A DNA stretch of 64,000 bases from an uncultured delta proteobacterium (GCA_963778115.1 CAVZSV010000004.1:288001-352000), one strand, 5' to 3'; counted from the stretch's first letter, positions 34,652 to 46,026 are shown. The notes: a model not told the origin generated them from the letters alone. Translations and numbers: made by a program.

Positions 34652-37087
34652 ATGCAATTGCTGGGATTTCACTCGTTGTGGAAGCGGTTGGTGGGGGCAG
34701 AGGTAGCAGACAAAGGATGGAGCATGCCTGGCTCAGCGGAACAACCCAGGGTCGACATTTCAAAGCAAAATAAGAATCCCTTTATCCTTTCCAGAGCGGA
34801 AGAAACTAAAGGGCACGCTGATTCAACGAATCCTCTTATAAACCAGCAGCCCCTCCTAAATATTTTCACAGAAACGATGCCCCAGTTGGTATGGAGTACC
34901 AACGCAAACGGTGTTTGCGATTACGTCAATGAAAAGCTCACCTCCTTTATTGGCAAAGGGACCGATCTTTCGAGTGAAAACTCCTGGATGGAACATATCC
35001 ATCCCCAAGATCAAGCGCCCATGCTGGAAGCCTGGCACCGATCGATCAGCGAAGACAAAGTTTTTGAAACCGAATATCGACTGCGAAGAAGCGACGGGGA
35101 ATATATCTGGCATCTAGTCCGCGCCTTCCCGGTTAAAAATGCCCAAAACCAAACCGTCCGGTGGGTCGGAACTTGTACGGATATCGACAAACACAAACGA
35201 ACGGAAGTCGCACTTCGTGAACTAGAGGTTCAGCTTAGAAGCGGAGAAGAGAGGTTTGTTCTTGCCGAAACCGCCTCCCGCACGGGCATTTGGGATTGGG
35301 ATCTCGTCAAAGACAATGTCTATTACAGCCCTCGGTACAAATCACTGCTTGGATTTTCGGAGGAGGAATTTCCTAATTCGGTGAAAGCCTTTACCCCACG
35401 TCTCCATCCCGAGGATAGAGATACCACTTGGACTGCTATAGCCGCGGCACTGCGGGGTGACTCGCCTAATTACGAAGCTCAATTCCGCTTGCGTCATAAA
35501 GACGGTAGCTATCGATGGATCTTATCTCGAGGTTTTGTATTCCGAGACGGTAATGGAACGGCTGTTCGAATGTCAGGCGTTCATTTAGATATTACCGACT
35601 ATAAGACCACCGCGTTGGCCTTGGAAGCCACCGAAAGAGAACTTCGAAGGGTGATGGCCTCCATTTCAGATTATCTATGGAGTGCCGAGATCAACGAAGC
35701 GGGTGAGTTCAAATACCTCTTTTACTCTCCCGCAGTGAAGCGGATTACCGGACGTCCCGAAGAGTATTACTACCCGGGACCCGATCGCTGGCTACAAACG
35801 GTGCATCCCGACGATCGGGCATGGTTATTAGACGATTTTCAAAAGCTGCGAAGTGGGGAAATTTCCCACTTAGAGCGAGAATACCGTATCCTCTGGCCGG
35901 ACGGTTCTATCCATTGGGTTCGTGACAGTGCTCTTACTACAAGAAACGGAAATACGATTCGAATCGATGGGGTGGTTAGCGAAATTACCGAACGTAAGAC
36001 GGCTAACGATCGTTTGAACCAATGGGAAAAGATCTTTAACCATGCCGGCTGGGGGGTGGCCATCACTTCCGCGGTTTCCAATATTGTTCAAGCCGTAAAT
36101 CCCGCTTTTGCGTTGATGCATGGCCAAGAGCTCGAAGAGCTTACCGGGAAGCGGATGGAATCGGTTCTCTCGCCCGAAAGTCGGGATACCATGCGCGAAG
36201 CTGTCTTGCGAGCCGATGACTGCGGGCATGCCTCTTTCGAAGCGGTACATGTTAAGAAGGATGGAAGCTCTTTTCCGATGCAGACCGATGTCACTGCCAT
36301 TAAAGATTCCGAGGGAAACGTGCTTTATCGAGCCAGCAACTTTCAAGACATCACTCACCTTAAGAAAACAGAAACGGAACTTAAGAGAAAAGCCGAAGAG
36401 CTCGCCCGCTCCAACGCCGAGTTGGAACAGTTCGCCTACGTCGCCTCCCATGACTTAAAAGAGCCGCTAAGAATGGTCAGTAGCTATGTTCGCTTATTAG
36501 AACGGCAATATAAGGGCAAACTATCGCCAGAAGCCGATCAGTTTATCGACTTCGCCGTCCAAGGGGCGACCCGGATGTATGCTCTTATCGGCGATCTGCT
36601 AGAGTATTCGCGTGTCGGGACTCGGGAACGGGCCCTTCGTCCCGTCGATATGAACGCGGTACTTGCCCAATCGTTGGAAAACTTAGGGCTGGCCATCAAG
36701 GAAAGTAGTGCCGTCATCGAAGCCCGGCCTCTACCGACTCTGTTGGGCGAAAATTCTCTTTTGGTTCAGCTCTTCCAAAATATCATCGGAAACAGTATTA
36801 AGTTTAGACTGGGAGCGCCGCTCATTCGTATCACCGCTAAACTCGAAGGCGATCACTGGACATTTGCTATCTCCGACAACGGCATCGGCATTCATCCCAA
36901 GTACGCCGAAAAAATTTACGTCATCTTCCAAAAACTTCATCCCAAAGACCGCTACGGCGGTACCGGCATCGGGCTTGCGATTTGCAAGAAGATTGTCGAA
37001 CGTCACCAAGGCCGGATTTGGATGGATTCGACACCCGGAAGGGGAACGACGTTTTACTTTGCTTTGCCGGTCGAACCGCAGCACTAG
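34652..37087 (+). CDS. Multi-PAS sensor histidine kinase
   Basis: Four PAS/PAC repeats; H-box FAYVASHDLKEPL; N, G1 (DNGIG) and G2 (GTGIGL) boxes. Confidence 0.95.
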   Translation: MQLLGFHSLWKRLVGAEVADKGWSMPGSAEQPRVDISKQNKNPFILSRAEETKGHADSTNPLINQQPLLNIFTETMPQLVWSTNANGVCDYVNEKLTSFIGKGTDLSSENSWMEHIHPQDQAPMLEAWHRSISEDKVFETEYRLRRSDGEYIWHLVRAFPVKNAQNQTVRWVGTCTDIDKHKRTEVALRELEVQLRSGEERFVLAETASRTGIWDWDLVKDNVYYSPRYKSLLGFSEEEFPNSVKAFTPRLHPEDRDTTWTAIAAALRGDSPNYEAQFRLRHKDGSYRWILSRGFVFRDGNGTAVRMSGVHLDITDYKTTALALEATERELRRVMASISDYLWSAEINEAGEFKYLFYSPAVKRITGRPEEYYYPGPDRWLQTVHPDDRAWLLDDFQKLRSGEISHLEREYRILWPDGSIHWVRDSALTTRNGNTIRIDGVVSEITERKTANDRLNQWEKIFNHAGWGVAITSAVSNIVQAVNPAFALMHGQELEELTGKRMESVLSPESRDTMREAVLRADDCGHASFEAVHVKKDGSSFPMQTDVTAIKDSEGNVLYRASNFQDITHLKKTETELKRKAEELARSNAELEQFAYVASHDLKEPLRMVSSYVRLLERQYKGKLSPEADQFIDFAVQGATRMYALIGDLLEYSRVGTRERALRPVDMNAVLAQSLENLGLAIKESSAVIEARPLPTLLGENSLLVQLFQNIIGNSIKFRLGAPLIRITAKLEGDHWTFAISDNGIGIHPKYAEKIYVIFQKLHPKDRYGGTGIGLAICKKIVERHQGRIWMDSTPGRGTTFYFALPVEPQH

Positions 37088-37118
37088 CACAAAAAGGTAC
37101 GGCCTACCTTCTTGTAGC

Positions 37119-38420
37119 CTATTTGGAGAAGCGGCCCGCGATGGCGCGAACGGTTGCCTGAGAAATTAATGAAGCTATCATGAGGGGAAAGATAATAGAG
37201 TGACGATCTGTCATCTCCATTACGATCACCAAAGCGGTAAACGGTGCCCGCGAAATAGCACTTAGAGCACCGGCCATCCCCACCAGAACCAGTAGATTGT
37301 GATCGTTGGGCATCACTAAGGCTGAGAATTTGGACCCAATCACCGCCCCTAAAGACAATGAAGGTGCCAAAAACCCGCCCGAGCAGCCGGAGAGCGTTGC
37401 TACGATGGGGCCAATAAATCGAGATAACACGATCTTCCAACCGGCGGGCGGGATCTCCTGGAATAGCAAATGCTCCATGAGATTGACTCCTCCTCCAATC
37501 GTCTGGGAGCCCAGTAAGAGAACCAGACCGGCCGCCAAAAGGCCTATCGAGCCAGAGAACAAAATTCGATGAGAATTCAAAAGGCCCGCGGTCTTCGAAC
37601 GAGCCACGGTTAAGATCCTTTCAAAGAGTCCGGCCGCCACCCCGCAGAGGATTCCCACCGCAATCACTGCAGGAAAGACATTGATTCCTATGGAGCCCAC
37701 CAAGGGGTATCCCAAAAAGAGATATCTCCCGAAAAGCCACTGGGAAATCATTCCCGCGATGATGACTGCTGAAATGATAACCGTTTTAAATTGGTGGAAA
37801 TGTTGCTGGGCGAGTTCTTCTAGAACGAAAACAATTCCCGCAAGCGGTGTATTAAAAGCCGCCGCAAGTCCCGCCGCCCCTCCCGCCACAATCCAAGAGC
37901 GGTGTTCGTCAGTGGGCCAAATCTTTCTAAATTGCTGCCCAATGAAATAGAAAATACAGGCCGCGATTTGCACCATGGGGCCTTCACGTCCCAGTCCCGC
38001 TCCGCCTAGAATGACAAGTAAAGAGCTTAGGATGCAGATACCAGCCACTTTCATTCCAAGCAGTTCCCGCACTTCACCTGAGGTCGAAGTGTTCTCCAGC
38101 GACAAAGCTCGTAAAACCGAGGGAATTCCGCTTCCGCCAGCGGCCGGACCCAATCGAGCGACAAGAACACTCGATAATATAAAAGCAAACGGCGCAATGC
38201 CCAAAAAGACGTACCTGTTTTCCAGGGCGACGCGTTGGCTCAAGTCGATCATGGCGTTAAAGGCGTGGGAATAAAGAACCGCGACTAGTCCCACGATGAC
38301 GGCTGCGACCCAATAGGGAACCCCGTGCAAATAAGGACGAATTTGAAGCTGAAAGCGAAGAGCCCTTTTGTAATTGGGATCTCCAAGCTTCAACCAAAGA
38401 CTTTGTAGAATGTTTGCCAT
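37119..38420 (-). CDS. ClC family chloride channel / H+/Cl- antiporter
   Basis: GSGIP, GREGP and GLAAAFNTPLAG motifs. Confidence 0.93.
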   Translation of the reverse strand: MANILQSLWLKLGDPNYKRALRFQLQIRPYLHGVPYWVAAVIVGLVAVLYSHAFNAMIDLSQRVALENRYVFLGIAPFAFILSSVLVARLGPAAGGSGIPSVLRALSLENTSTSGEVRELLGMKVAGICILSSLLVILGGAGLGREGPMVQIAACIFYFIGQQFRKIWPTDEHRSWIVAGGAAGLAAAFNTPLAGIVFVLEELAQQHFHQFKTVIISAVIIAGMISQWLFGRYLFLGYPLVGSIGINVFPAVIAVGILCGVAAGLFERILTVARSKTAGLLNSHRILFSGSIGLLAAGLVLLLGSQTIGGGVNLMEHLLFQEIPPAGWKIVLSRFIGPIVATLSGCSGGFLAPSLSLGAVIGSKFSALVMPNDHNLLVLVGMAGALSAISRAPFTALVIVMEMTDRHSIIFPLMIASLISQATVRAIAGRFSK

Positions 38421-38474
38421 ATACGATCGTCGAAAGATGAGAAGTTAGCTCTTATTTTTCGAAACGTAAACGAT

Positions 38475-39110
38475 TTAGGAAATCACATGCATCGACTGTA
38501 GCGCCCCCTGAATGCCATTCAAAATAAACTGCACGGCAACCGCCGTCAGAATCAAACCCATGATTCGTGTCATCAAATTCAATCCAGTACGTCCCAACAC
38601 TCTAAGTAAGGGATGTGCCGCCTTTAGCACCAGATAGCTCGCTAAGATAGCGAGCGCTAGGGAAACGACAAGTCCTACGACTTCCCAAACTGATTTGGCT
38701 TCCGTGGAATAGAGCACCACGGTCGAAATGGAGCCCGGCCCCGCAAGCAATGGGGTTCCGATAGGAAAGACAGAAACGTCTTCCCTTTCCATACTCTCTT
38801 GCCTCTCCTCGGGCTTTACTCGCATCCGAGAGCCGTTCAGCTGGGCGATTCCCAAGAGCAGCAGTAAAATACCGCCCGCTATCTGAAAGGCCGGCAGAGT
38901 AATAGAAAAGATGTGAAAGATAGAAAGACCACTCACCGCAAAAGTGGCCAAAATTCCTAGCGCCACCCAAGCGGCCTTCCTCCTCGTATGGACGATTGCC
39001 TCTTGGGGGAACCGGTCGGTCATCATCAGGTATACCGGCACCACTGCAAAAGGGTCCACGATAACAAAGATCGCCGTAAATACGGTGAGTATATGGACGA
39101 TATGAACCAT
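38475..39110 (-). CDS. MarC family membrane protein
   Basis: IVDPF, FQIAGGILL, PLLAGPGSI and RIMGLIL motifs. Confidence 0.93.
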   Translation of the reverse strand: MVHIVHILTVFTAIFVIVDPFAVVPVYLMMTDRFPQEAIVHTRRKAAWVALGILATFAVSGLSIFHIFSITLPAFQIAGGILLLLLGIAQLNGSRMRVKPEERQESMEREDVSVFPIGTPLLAGPGSISTVVLYSTEAKSVWEVVGLVVSLALAILASYLVLKAAHPLLRVLGRTGLNLMTRIMGLILTAVAVQFILNGIQGALQSMHVIS

Positions 39111-39342
39111 TATCGGTAAAGATCCCTTCTACTTGGCTATAGTGTATCGCAAATTCTTCGTATCGCAACCCAACTATAAGCGCTCCAAAGCTGGAAATCC
39201 TCCTTAAAAATCGATATATATAGCGGTTAACGGCATCCCCGGGAGATTCCCACACTATTTTTGGTGGTTTCGGTAGCTTGTGGCGAACTCCTCAAAACGC
39301 AGTAGTTCTGGTTGTTCCGGATTTTTGCTCAAGATGAAGTGA

Positions 39343-41139
39343 ATGCGGATGAGTTTTTTTTATCATATTTTAGGGTGTGTCACCCCTTTGGCCTTAGTTA
39401 TGGCCTGTTTGCCGGTCTACGCCTCAGACTCCTACCCCCCTTTACTCCAACAGCTTTGTCCTAAACTGGCCCTCCGCGGAAAAGTAAAACTATCCTTCTC
39501 TGAGACCGAAAAGAAACTCGTTTGCGGAGATCCCAAGAGCGAATCCTGGAAAGATATTCCTCATTCACAAGCTTTTTTTAATCTGCGTACCTTTCTTCAG
39601 GACAAGGGTTACTACCTAAGTACCATTGCTTCGACCGATCCTTTCATTATCGATTTGGGGTCCCCGTCCTATTCGACAGGCGTAGTCATCAAAGAGAAGG
39701 CAAATGCAGAGCCCAGTTTTGAATTACTCACGATCATTGAAGTCGCAAGCATGCGTCGGTTGAAAGGAATTCTTTTAACCCCTTCCTTTCTGGATCAGGT
39801 AAGAGATCGTCTCTTAAACCGGATCAAATCGAAAGGCTATCCCTGCCCCGTTGTTGAGATGGCGGCAAATCCCCAAGATGGGGTGATCACAGCCACCGTA
39901 ACGCTGGGCCCTCAGCAAATCATCGACCATATTGTCGAAGATCCCATCGCGGGAGTGCGTCCCAATCTGTTGCGTCGCTACGACGCTTTCCAACCAGGAC
40001 AACTCTATGACGATGACTTACTCACACTAACCGCGAATCGAATTGTAACTTCGGGTGTCGTCCAGACTTCGCATTTGAGCGCTGCCTGCTCTCCCTCGGG
40101 TGCCGTGATAAGAGAGACCTCTGTCGCGGGCCCTCCCAGGCAGATCACTTTAGGCTTTGGATTGGACACGGAACGTATCGCCCGATTTCGCGCATCGTGG
40201 AGAAACGCTCGTTTGGGAGATGAAGCCTCTAGCCAACAGTACACGCTACTGGCAGCCCTATACCAACAAGAGATTAACGCCATTTCTACATGGTACTATC
40301 TTCCCTCGCTGCCTAGACACTTTCTCGCCTCCGAAATCTCCTTTCGCCATGAAAACGAAATCACGTATGAGAATTTAAAAGGGGATATCTATATCTCGCC
40401 GTCGTTAACGTGGGATTCTTCGACGATGGGATTTTCCACGTCATTAGGCCCCTCGTTTAGCTGGGAACATACCTTTCGTCCGGTTCAAACCATTCGCGAT
40501 GCGTACTTCTCAGCGATTAGGGCCGACTTTCGAATGACGAGCCACGGATTCGAACTCAACCAAGCCTCTCCTCAAAAAGGTTTCGACATCCACTTTCAGG
40601 GAATCTTCGCCCAACAGGGAGTCCTTTCCGATGTCGGCGCCCAACGCATCGGTGTCACGTTCCAGAAACTCTGGAATTTTAGAAATTATGACCCCTCTTT
40701 TCTGATCGTGGGACTTCGAGGCGGGGTCGGTACTACTTTTATGGGAAGCCCGTACAGCCTCGCAGCTCTTCCTCCTAGCTTAAAGCATTACTTAGGCGGC
40801 TCGGAAAACCTACGTGGTTTCGATAGGCGGGAGCTAGCAAGCGCTTCCGGCTTGGGAGGGTTAACTTCCGCGTATCTTTGCTTTGAGGTGAGATTTTCTG
40901 ATCTGCTCCCCTGGGGAATTCAGCCGATCCTTTTTCATGACGTGGGAATGCTAGGCAATGATCCGCTTACGCTAAAGGGCCCGCTCTACTCTTCGCCGGG
41001 ATTCGGAGCTCGTTGGCAGTCGCCCATCGGCGTCTTTCGAAGTACGATATCGCACGGTTTTCTCTCGGGAGATAGAAACGGAATCCCCGACTCCACCGCA
41101 CACTGGAAGTTTTACCTAAGTTACGGGGAGGAGTTCTAA
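39343..41139 (+). CDS. TamA/BamA (Omp85) family outer membrane protein
   Basis: POTRA-like N-region; LGGSENLRGF; GARWQSPIG; C-terminal YGEEF. Confidence 0.85.
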   Translation: MRMSFFYHILGCVTPLALVMACLPVYASDSYPPLLQQLCPKLALRGKVKLSFSETEKKLVCGDPKSESWKDIPHSQAFFNLRTFLQDKGYYLSTIASTDPFIIDLGSPSYSTGVVIKEKANAEPSFELLTIIEVASMRRLKGILLTPSFLDQVRDRLLNRIKSKGYPCPVVEMAANPQDGVITATVTLGPQQIIDHIVEDPIAGVRPNLLRRYDAFQPGQLYDDDLLTLTANRIVTSGVVQTSHLSAACSPSGAVIRETSVAGPPRQITLGFGLDTERIARFRASWRNARLGDEASSQQYTLLAALYQQEINAISTWYYLPSLPRHFLASEISFRHENEITYENLKGDIYISPSLTWDSSTMGFSTSLGPSFSWEHTFRPVQTIRDAYFSAIRADFRMTSHGFELNQASPQKGFDIHFQGIFAQQGVLSDVGAQRIGVTFQKLWNFRNYDPSFLIVGLRGGVGTTFMGSPYSLAALPPSLKHYLGGSENLRGFDRRELASASGLGGLTSAYLCFEVRFSDLLPWGIQPILFHDVGMLGNDPLTLKGPLYSSPGFGARWQSPIGVFRSTISHGFLSGDRNGIPDSTAHWKFYLSYGEEF

Positions 41140-41143
41140 ACGT

Positions 41144-43519
41144 ATGTGGCGCAAGATACTAAAAGCGATCTTGATTCTTGCGGGAACTCTGGTTACCGCT
41201 GTGTTTTGCCTCGTCGCCCTTGTCATTGGAAAGCCCAATCTGGTGCTAAACGATCGCACGATGGATTGGGCAAAGCGCCTAGTCGCCAAAACGGGGGTGG
41301 AGATTCATTGGAAAGTGGGCCATCTCGAAGTGCTCTCGCACAGTCTTTTGGAGAAGCATCTTCAACTGACGGCTGAAAATCTTTGCGTTCGTTTCGATCA
41401 GTCGAAGTTTTGCGCAACAACATTAGATCTGAAAGCCGGAGTCAGAATTACCTGGGGTATCCCTTTAATCACATTCGTAGGACCGGTCCGTTTGACCCAA
41501 GGTTCGGTCCAAATCGGCCAGGCGCCCCTCTCCGAAACGCGCCATTTGGCATCGTCCGAAAGACAACATTCGCTACCAGTGCTACCGTTTCCTTTCCCGA
41601 GTGAAGTCCCTTCCTGGATCGCATCCGCCGACTTCCGGGGAGCCTCATTAGAAGTTCCCCTGGTAAAGATAGCGCTGGGGAGCGATACCCTCTTGGGAGA
41701 TGCGCAAATCGAAGCGGCGCATGCTGGAGAAGCGGGCTCCGAATGGTCAGTGAACTACCATCTACAGATCCTCCCGGAAAAAAATCTCGCCTTGGAAGGA
41801 ACGTTAGACGCGACAAGCCTCCATTCCCCTTGGACGGGTCCGTGGAAACTTGCCTTAAAGAGCACGGGACAGACTTCACCCGATTTGCGGGTTTCGGCAA
41901 AGCTTGAAGGGACTCAAGAAACGAATGAGTCTTTTCCCTTTCTTCTCAAGGCTACTGTGAACCCGCTTAAACAGGGTTCGATCCAAATTTCCGCTCGAGG
42001 TGATTTCTCGCCGGTCTCGGTAAAGATGGAAATGGATGCGAAAATGCGCGATTGGGCAAGTAATGTTCCCGAACTCGCCGCTTCACATTGCCAGCTTTCG
42101 CTGCTTCGAAAAAAACACAGCGATCGCGCGACCCTCTCGCTCAATTGTCCCCTCACGCTGGAGGTTAGGACTTATCGTAAACGGATGGCCCGATTCGCCT
42201 TTCTAAAGAAGGACTGGGATCGGATCGACATCGGTGTGCGCGCGAATCTGGACACTTCTTTTCCTCCAGATCCTTCGCTGCCCTTTAAAGGGGATGTGAA
42301 AGTTGATTTGTCTCCGCTTAAGAATCCTTTTGTTTCCGCTTCTGGAGGAGCGCTTTTTCAGGTCAATGGGACGATTGCCGATTTTCCGGACAAATTGGGG
42401 CTTACTTCGCAAATCGACGCTGGAATTACCGTCGAGCACTTTGAGCACGTCGTTAGGCTGATGTCGCAATTCCCCAAGTACGCGATCCCGGAGCCGTTTC
42501 GAAGCCTCAAAGGAACGATTGCCCTAAGAGTAAAGAACAATGAAGCACTCCCTTGGAAGATCCAATCCCTTCCTTTCACCCTGCAAACGCGGCTTAAGTC
42601 GGCCTCACAGTCCCTTGATATCGACTCTGAAGGGAAATTTACTATCGATCAAAGAAAAGAGCCGCGTTACCGCTTGGAGACCGAGGTTACTCTCTCTGAT
42701 GTGAAATTGGTTTTGCCCTATTTAGACCCTACTGCTCGCCCGCGCTTGTTACCCGATACTCGGATCCGGATTCCGGAACGTGAAGTCAATTCCCAAACGC
42801 ACGCCGACACTCAGTTTTCCTACAAGGTTCGAGTGCGAACTCCCCTCCAACGTCCGCTTAGACTCACTTCAAATTTAGCGAAAGCAGACATACCGATTGA
42901 GCTAGAACTTTTACTTGAAGATGAAAAGCCACCGAAATTTACCGTAAAAATAGCGGAATTCCCGGTGAAGCTCTTTGAGCGAAACGCTAAAGTAGAGCAT
43001 TTTTCACTTAAAAGTTCACAAACCAACAAAGCAATATTTGTAGATGGTCTTGCGGACGTCACCTACACCGATTACGTGGTACATATCCGAGTTTTAGGGA
43101 CTACATCTCACCCCTCGGTAGATCTGACGAGTACCCCGCCCTTGCCCAACAACCAAGTGGTAGCGGTCTTACTCTTCGGACGTCCGCTCGATCAGCTCGA
43201 CCCGGGACAGATGGATTCCGTGGGCAGTGCCCGAGCCGCCTTTGCCGACGGTGCCATTAGTTTGGCCTCAATGTATCTCTTAGCGTCGACGCCGATTGAA
43301 AGTGTGGGATATGATCCCAGTACGGGAATTATGAGTGCCAAACTAAAGTTGGGGGATGGAGCGTCTTTCAATGTGGGTACGGACTTTACTCAGGTGACCC
43401 AATTAGGGGTGAGAAAAAGGCTGGGGCCCAATTGGAGCGTATCGACCTATTTAGATAATCCTTTTGAGTCGGTTACCCGCGCGCTCAGCGCTTACCTTGA
43501 GTGGAACAAGAACTACTAA
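41144..43519 (+). CDS. TamB-like translocation and assembly module protein
   Basis: N-terminal membrane anchor; beta-rich; DUF490-like GTTSHPSVDLTSTPPLP..VVAVLLFGR; follows the Omp85 gene. Confidence 0.8.
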   Translation: MWRKILKAILILAGTLVTAVFCLVALVIGKPNLVLNDRTMDWAKRLVAKTGVEIHWKVGHLEVLSHSLLEKHLQLTAENLCVRFDQSKFCATTLDLKAGVRITWGIPLITFVGPVRLTQGSVQIGQAPLSETRHLASSERQHSLPVLPFPFPSEVPSWIASADFRGASLEVPLVKIALGSDTLLGDAQIEAAHAGEAGSEWSVNYHLQILPEKNLALEGTLDATSLHSPWTGPWKLALKSTGQTSPDLRVSAKLEGTQETNESFPFLLKATVNPLKQGSIQISARGDFSPVSVKMEMDAKMRDWASNVPELAASHCQLSLLRKKHSDRATLSLNCPLTLEVRTYRKRMARFAFLKKDWDRIDIGVRANLDTSFPPDPSLPFKGDVKVDLSPLKNPFVSASGGALFQVNGTIADFPDKLGLTSQIDAGITVEHFEHVVRLMSQFPKYAIPEPFRSLKGTIALRVKNNEALPWKIQSLPFTLQTRLKSASQSLDIDSEGKFTIDQRKEPRYRLETEVTLSDVKLVLPYLDPTARPRLLPDTRIRIPEREVNSQTHADTQFSYKVRVRTPLQRPLRLTSNLAKADIPIELELLLEDEKPPKFTVKIAEFPVKLFERNAKVEHFSLKSSQTNKAIFVDGLADVTYTDYVVHIRVLGTTSHPSVDLTSTPPLPNNQVVAVLLFGRPLDQLDPGQMDSVGSARAAFADGAISLASMYLLASTPIESVGYDPSTGIMSAKLKLGDGASFNVGTDFTQVTQLGVRKRLGPNWSVSTYLDNPFESVTRALSAYLEWNKNY

Positions 43520-43603
43520 GCAACTTCAATTTCCGCGATCAAGAATACCTACGACAAGTCCAGCACAACTCCTCAGGGCCCCAGCAGCCTTTTAGCGTTT
43601 CAA

Positions 43604-43990
43604 TTAAGAAGCACGATGCAAGGGCTCGTCGATCTCAGCCTCAGACGTTTCGTCTCTCTGGTCGTGCCTTCTCGGCATTTCAGACTCGTGCGAGTAACGG
43701 GGATCAAAGACACCCGAACTCATTTTTCGCGTCTGATTATCCTGCTCAGAAGAACTGTTGGTCGTTACCTTTTCGTTAGTCGGCGTATTCACCGCTTGGG
43801 GGATCTGTTGACCAACACTACGTTTCTGTCGGGCGGCCCGACCTCCTTTACTTCCCGCTCGACGCGCTTCTTCTGACGTAAATTGATGGGCAGTTCCCTT
43901 TAAATGGGCCGCCTTGCCCCCTTTACTCGCTATTTCTCTCTGCTTCTCCGCATCCATTGAAGCAAAGCCGCGATTGCTAGTTCCTGACAT
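43604..43990 (-). CDS. KGG-domain general stress protein
   Basis: RGFASMDAEKQREIASKGGKAAH..GTAHQFTSEEARRAGSKGG. Confidence 0.92.
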   Translation of the reverse strand: MSGTSNRGFASMDAEKQREIASKGGKAAHLKGTAHQFTSEEARRAGSKGGRAARQKRSVGQQIPQAVNTPTNEKVTTNSSSEQDNQTRKMSSGVFDPRYSHESEMPRRHDQRDETSEAEIDEPLHRAS

Positions 43991-44072
43991 ATGGTCTCCT
44001 TTCTAAGTTGCCTCTCTTGATCTAATGATCGAAATTAATCTTCGATCAGAATCTCTTTTTCCCTATATCTCT

Positions 44073-44088
44073 TGCAAGGGTCACGCCG
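44073..44088 (-). promoter_or_regulatory. Sigma-54 promoter CGGCGT-N5-TTGCA for the KGG gene
   Basis: GG-N10-GC spacing about 85 bp upstream of the ATG. Confidence 0.65.
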
Positions 44089-44389
44089 CACCGGCGGTTT
44101 GCTCTCCAAGACGTCGCAGAAGACCAGTCGGTGACACTGCGATCTCCTCGCTCATCCGCTCCTGGAGCCCAACTTGCTGAATTTTCAGCGGCCTCAACGG
44201 CTTTGTCCCCTTAGTAACTTTGGGTGACACGAAGGCGAATGATGCTATTTGCAACAACGACCCAGTAGCTCAACTGATGCTTTTCGCTCTACTTAATGAA
44301 AAAGGACACACCAACGTGGTAGACCGAATCACTTAGAAACACTTGTTTTTTTGCTGATCTTGCTAAAGAAGAGTTCCATAGAGCTCACC

Positions 44390-44405
44390 TGGCATGTCCC
44401 ATGCA
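44390..44405 (+). promoter_or_regulatory. Sigma-54 promoter TGGCAT-N5-ATGCA for the response regulator
   Basis: GG-N10-GC spacing 42 bp upstream of the ATG at 44448. Confidence 0.65.
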
Positions 44406-44447
44406 ATTGGGCCGGTAGGTAACCCAACAAGAAAGCGGAGGGAAAGC

Positions 44448-45878
44448 ATGGAACATAAACACCCCATTAACGTTCTCGTGGTTGATGACGACATCCCGAC
44501 CTGCCAATTCATGGCGGATGTGCTGCGGCGGGAACATTATGAAGTCAGTACTGCCAATAGTGGGGATGAAGCTATTAAGCTAATGCAATCCACTTCGTTC
44601 CCCATCATTTTGTCGGATATCCATTTGGGAGATCCCAACGGAATGGAACTTCTATCCTACATTAAGAAGGCCGATCCCTTGGCTGTTGTCATTTTTGTAA
44701 CGGGTTACGGAAGTGTCGACACGGCGGTGCGCGCCATCCAGCTGGGAGCGTTTGATTACCTAAGCAAGCCTATCAACTTAGCCGACATGGAAGGGGAGCT
44801 AAAAGCCCTAATGTATCGGGCAAGCCGACATATTGAATCTAATCGAACCAAGCCGATGGATAATCCTTTAGCGAATCTGAGCATTAGCATGATCGGAAAA
44901 TCCGCTCAGATGGTAAAGATTTATCGAATCGTCGCTAAGGCTGCCATGACCGATAGTAACGTCTTGGTTATCGGTGAAAGCGGGACCGGAAAGGAGCTAG
45001 TGGCTCGTGCCATCCACGACAATAGTAGCCGTGCTTCGCACCCCTTTGTGACCGTCAACTGCTGCGCTCTTTCTGAAGGACTTCTCGAGTCGGAACTCTT
45101 TGGGCATGTTCGAGGTTCCTTTACCGGAGCCATCGCCAATAAGCGCGGTCTCTTTGAAGAGGCTGACGGCGGGACCATCTTTCTCGACGAAATTGGAGAC
45201 ATCTCGCCTGCTCTGCAAGTTAAGCTTTTGCGTGTCTTGCAAGAAGGTGAATTTAAGCCCGTCGGAGCCATTGAAAATCGCAAGGTGAACGTTCGCGTCA
45301 TCGCGGCCACTCACCGCAATTTGGACGCTTTCGTGAAAGAGGGCCGGTTTAGAGAAGACCTCTACTATCGGCTGAAAGTCATCCTAGTCGAAACTCCCCC
45401 TCTTCGAGAGAGAGCCGACGATTTAGAAGAGCTTATTCATCACTTTATTCGGCGGAGTTCGCAGACCAGCACAAAACGCGTCGACGGCGTCTCGCCCGAG
45501 GCGTTACAGGCTTTGATGAGTTATTCCTGGCCCGGCAACATTCGAGAACTAGAAAATGCCATCGAACGAGCGGTAGCGATGACTAATACCACCACGCTGT
45601 TTCCCGAGGATTTTCCGGAGGAGATCGTAAGTGTGGAAAAGATCGTGACTCTGGCTCCTGTCTCGATGACACCTTCCCCGGAAGGAGTCGCCATCGGTAA
45701 CGCGACTGCGGATGCGGAACCACAATCGTTGGAAGAACTCGAGCGCACTCACATTATTAAGATACTAGAGCGGGTGAAATTTAATAAGTCACGAGCCGCT
45801 AACATATTGGGTATTGATCGGGTAACGCTTTACCGAAAAGCGTCCCGTTATGGTATTCAAATGCGAAGCCGCGGGTAG
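44448..45878 (+). CDS. Sigma-54-dependent response regulator (NtrC/AtoC family)
   Basis: Receiver domain, GESGTGKE, ESELFGH..GSFTGA, FLDEIGD, WPGNIREL and Fis-type HTH; GGAGG RBS precedes 44448. Confidence 0.96.
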   Translation: MEHKHPINVLVVDDDIPTCQFMADVLRREHYEVSTANSGDEAIKLMQSTSFPIILSDIHLGDPNGMELLSYIKKADPLAVVIFVTGYGSVDTAVRAIQLGAFDYLSKPINLADMEGELKALMYRASRHIESNRTKPMDNPLANLSISMIGKSAQMVKIYRIVAKAAMTDSNVLVIGESGTGKELVARAIHDNSSRASHPFVTVNCCALSEGLLESELFGHVRGSFTGAIANKRGLFEEADGGTIFLDEIGDISPALQVKLLRVLQEGEFKPVGAIENRKVNVRVIAATHRNLDAFVKEGRFREDLYYRLKVILVETPPLRERADDLEELIHHFIRRSSQTSTKRVDGVSPEALQALMSYSWPGNIRELENAIERAVAMTNTTTLFPEDFPEEIVSVEKIVTLAPVSMTPSPEGVAIGNATADAEPQSLEELERTHIIKILERVKFNKSRAANILGIDRVTLYRKASRYGIQMRSRG

Positions 45879-46026
45879 ACCTTTGCCGCATTCCTGTCCC
45901 GATTCACTCCGACGATTACAGAGTCTCGTTGTAAAGTGCATCAGAGCGATAACATCCCTTCCATGATAGTGTGAAGAAATGGATGCGGCACAGAGAGTTG
46001 CGCCACAACTTACGAGTGGCTCACAG

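Noticed and set aside
38602..39255. 217-aa alternative-frame ORF over marC, and many other short shadow ORFs
   Set aside because: They overlap well-supported genes and contain no recognisable motifs.
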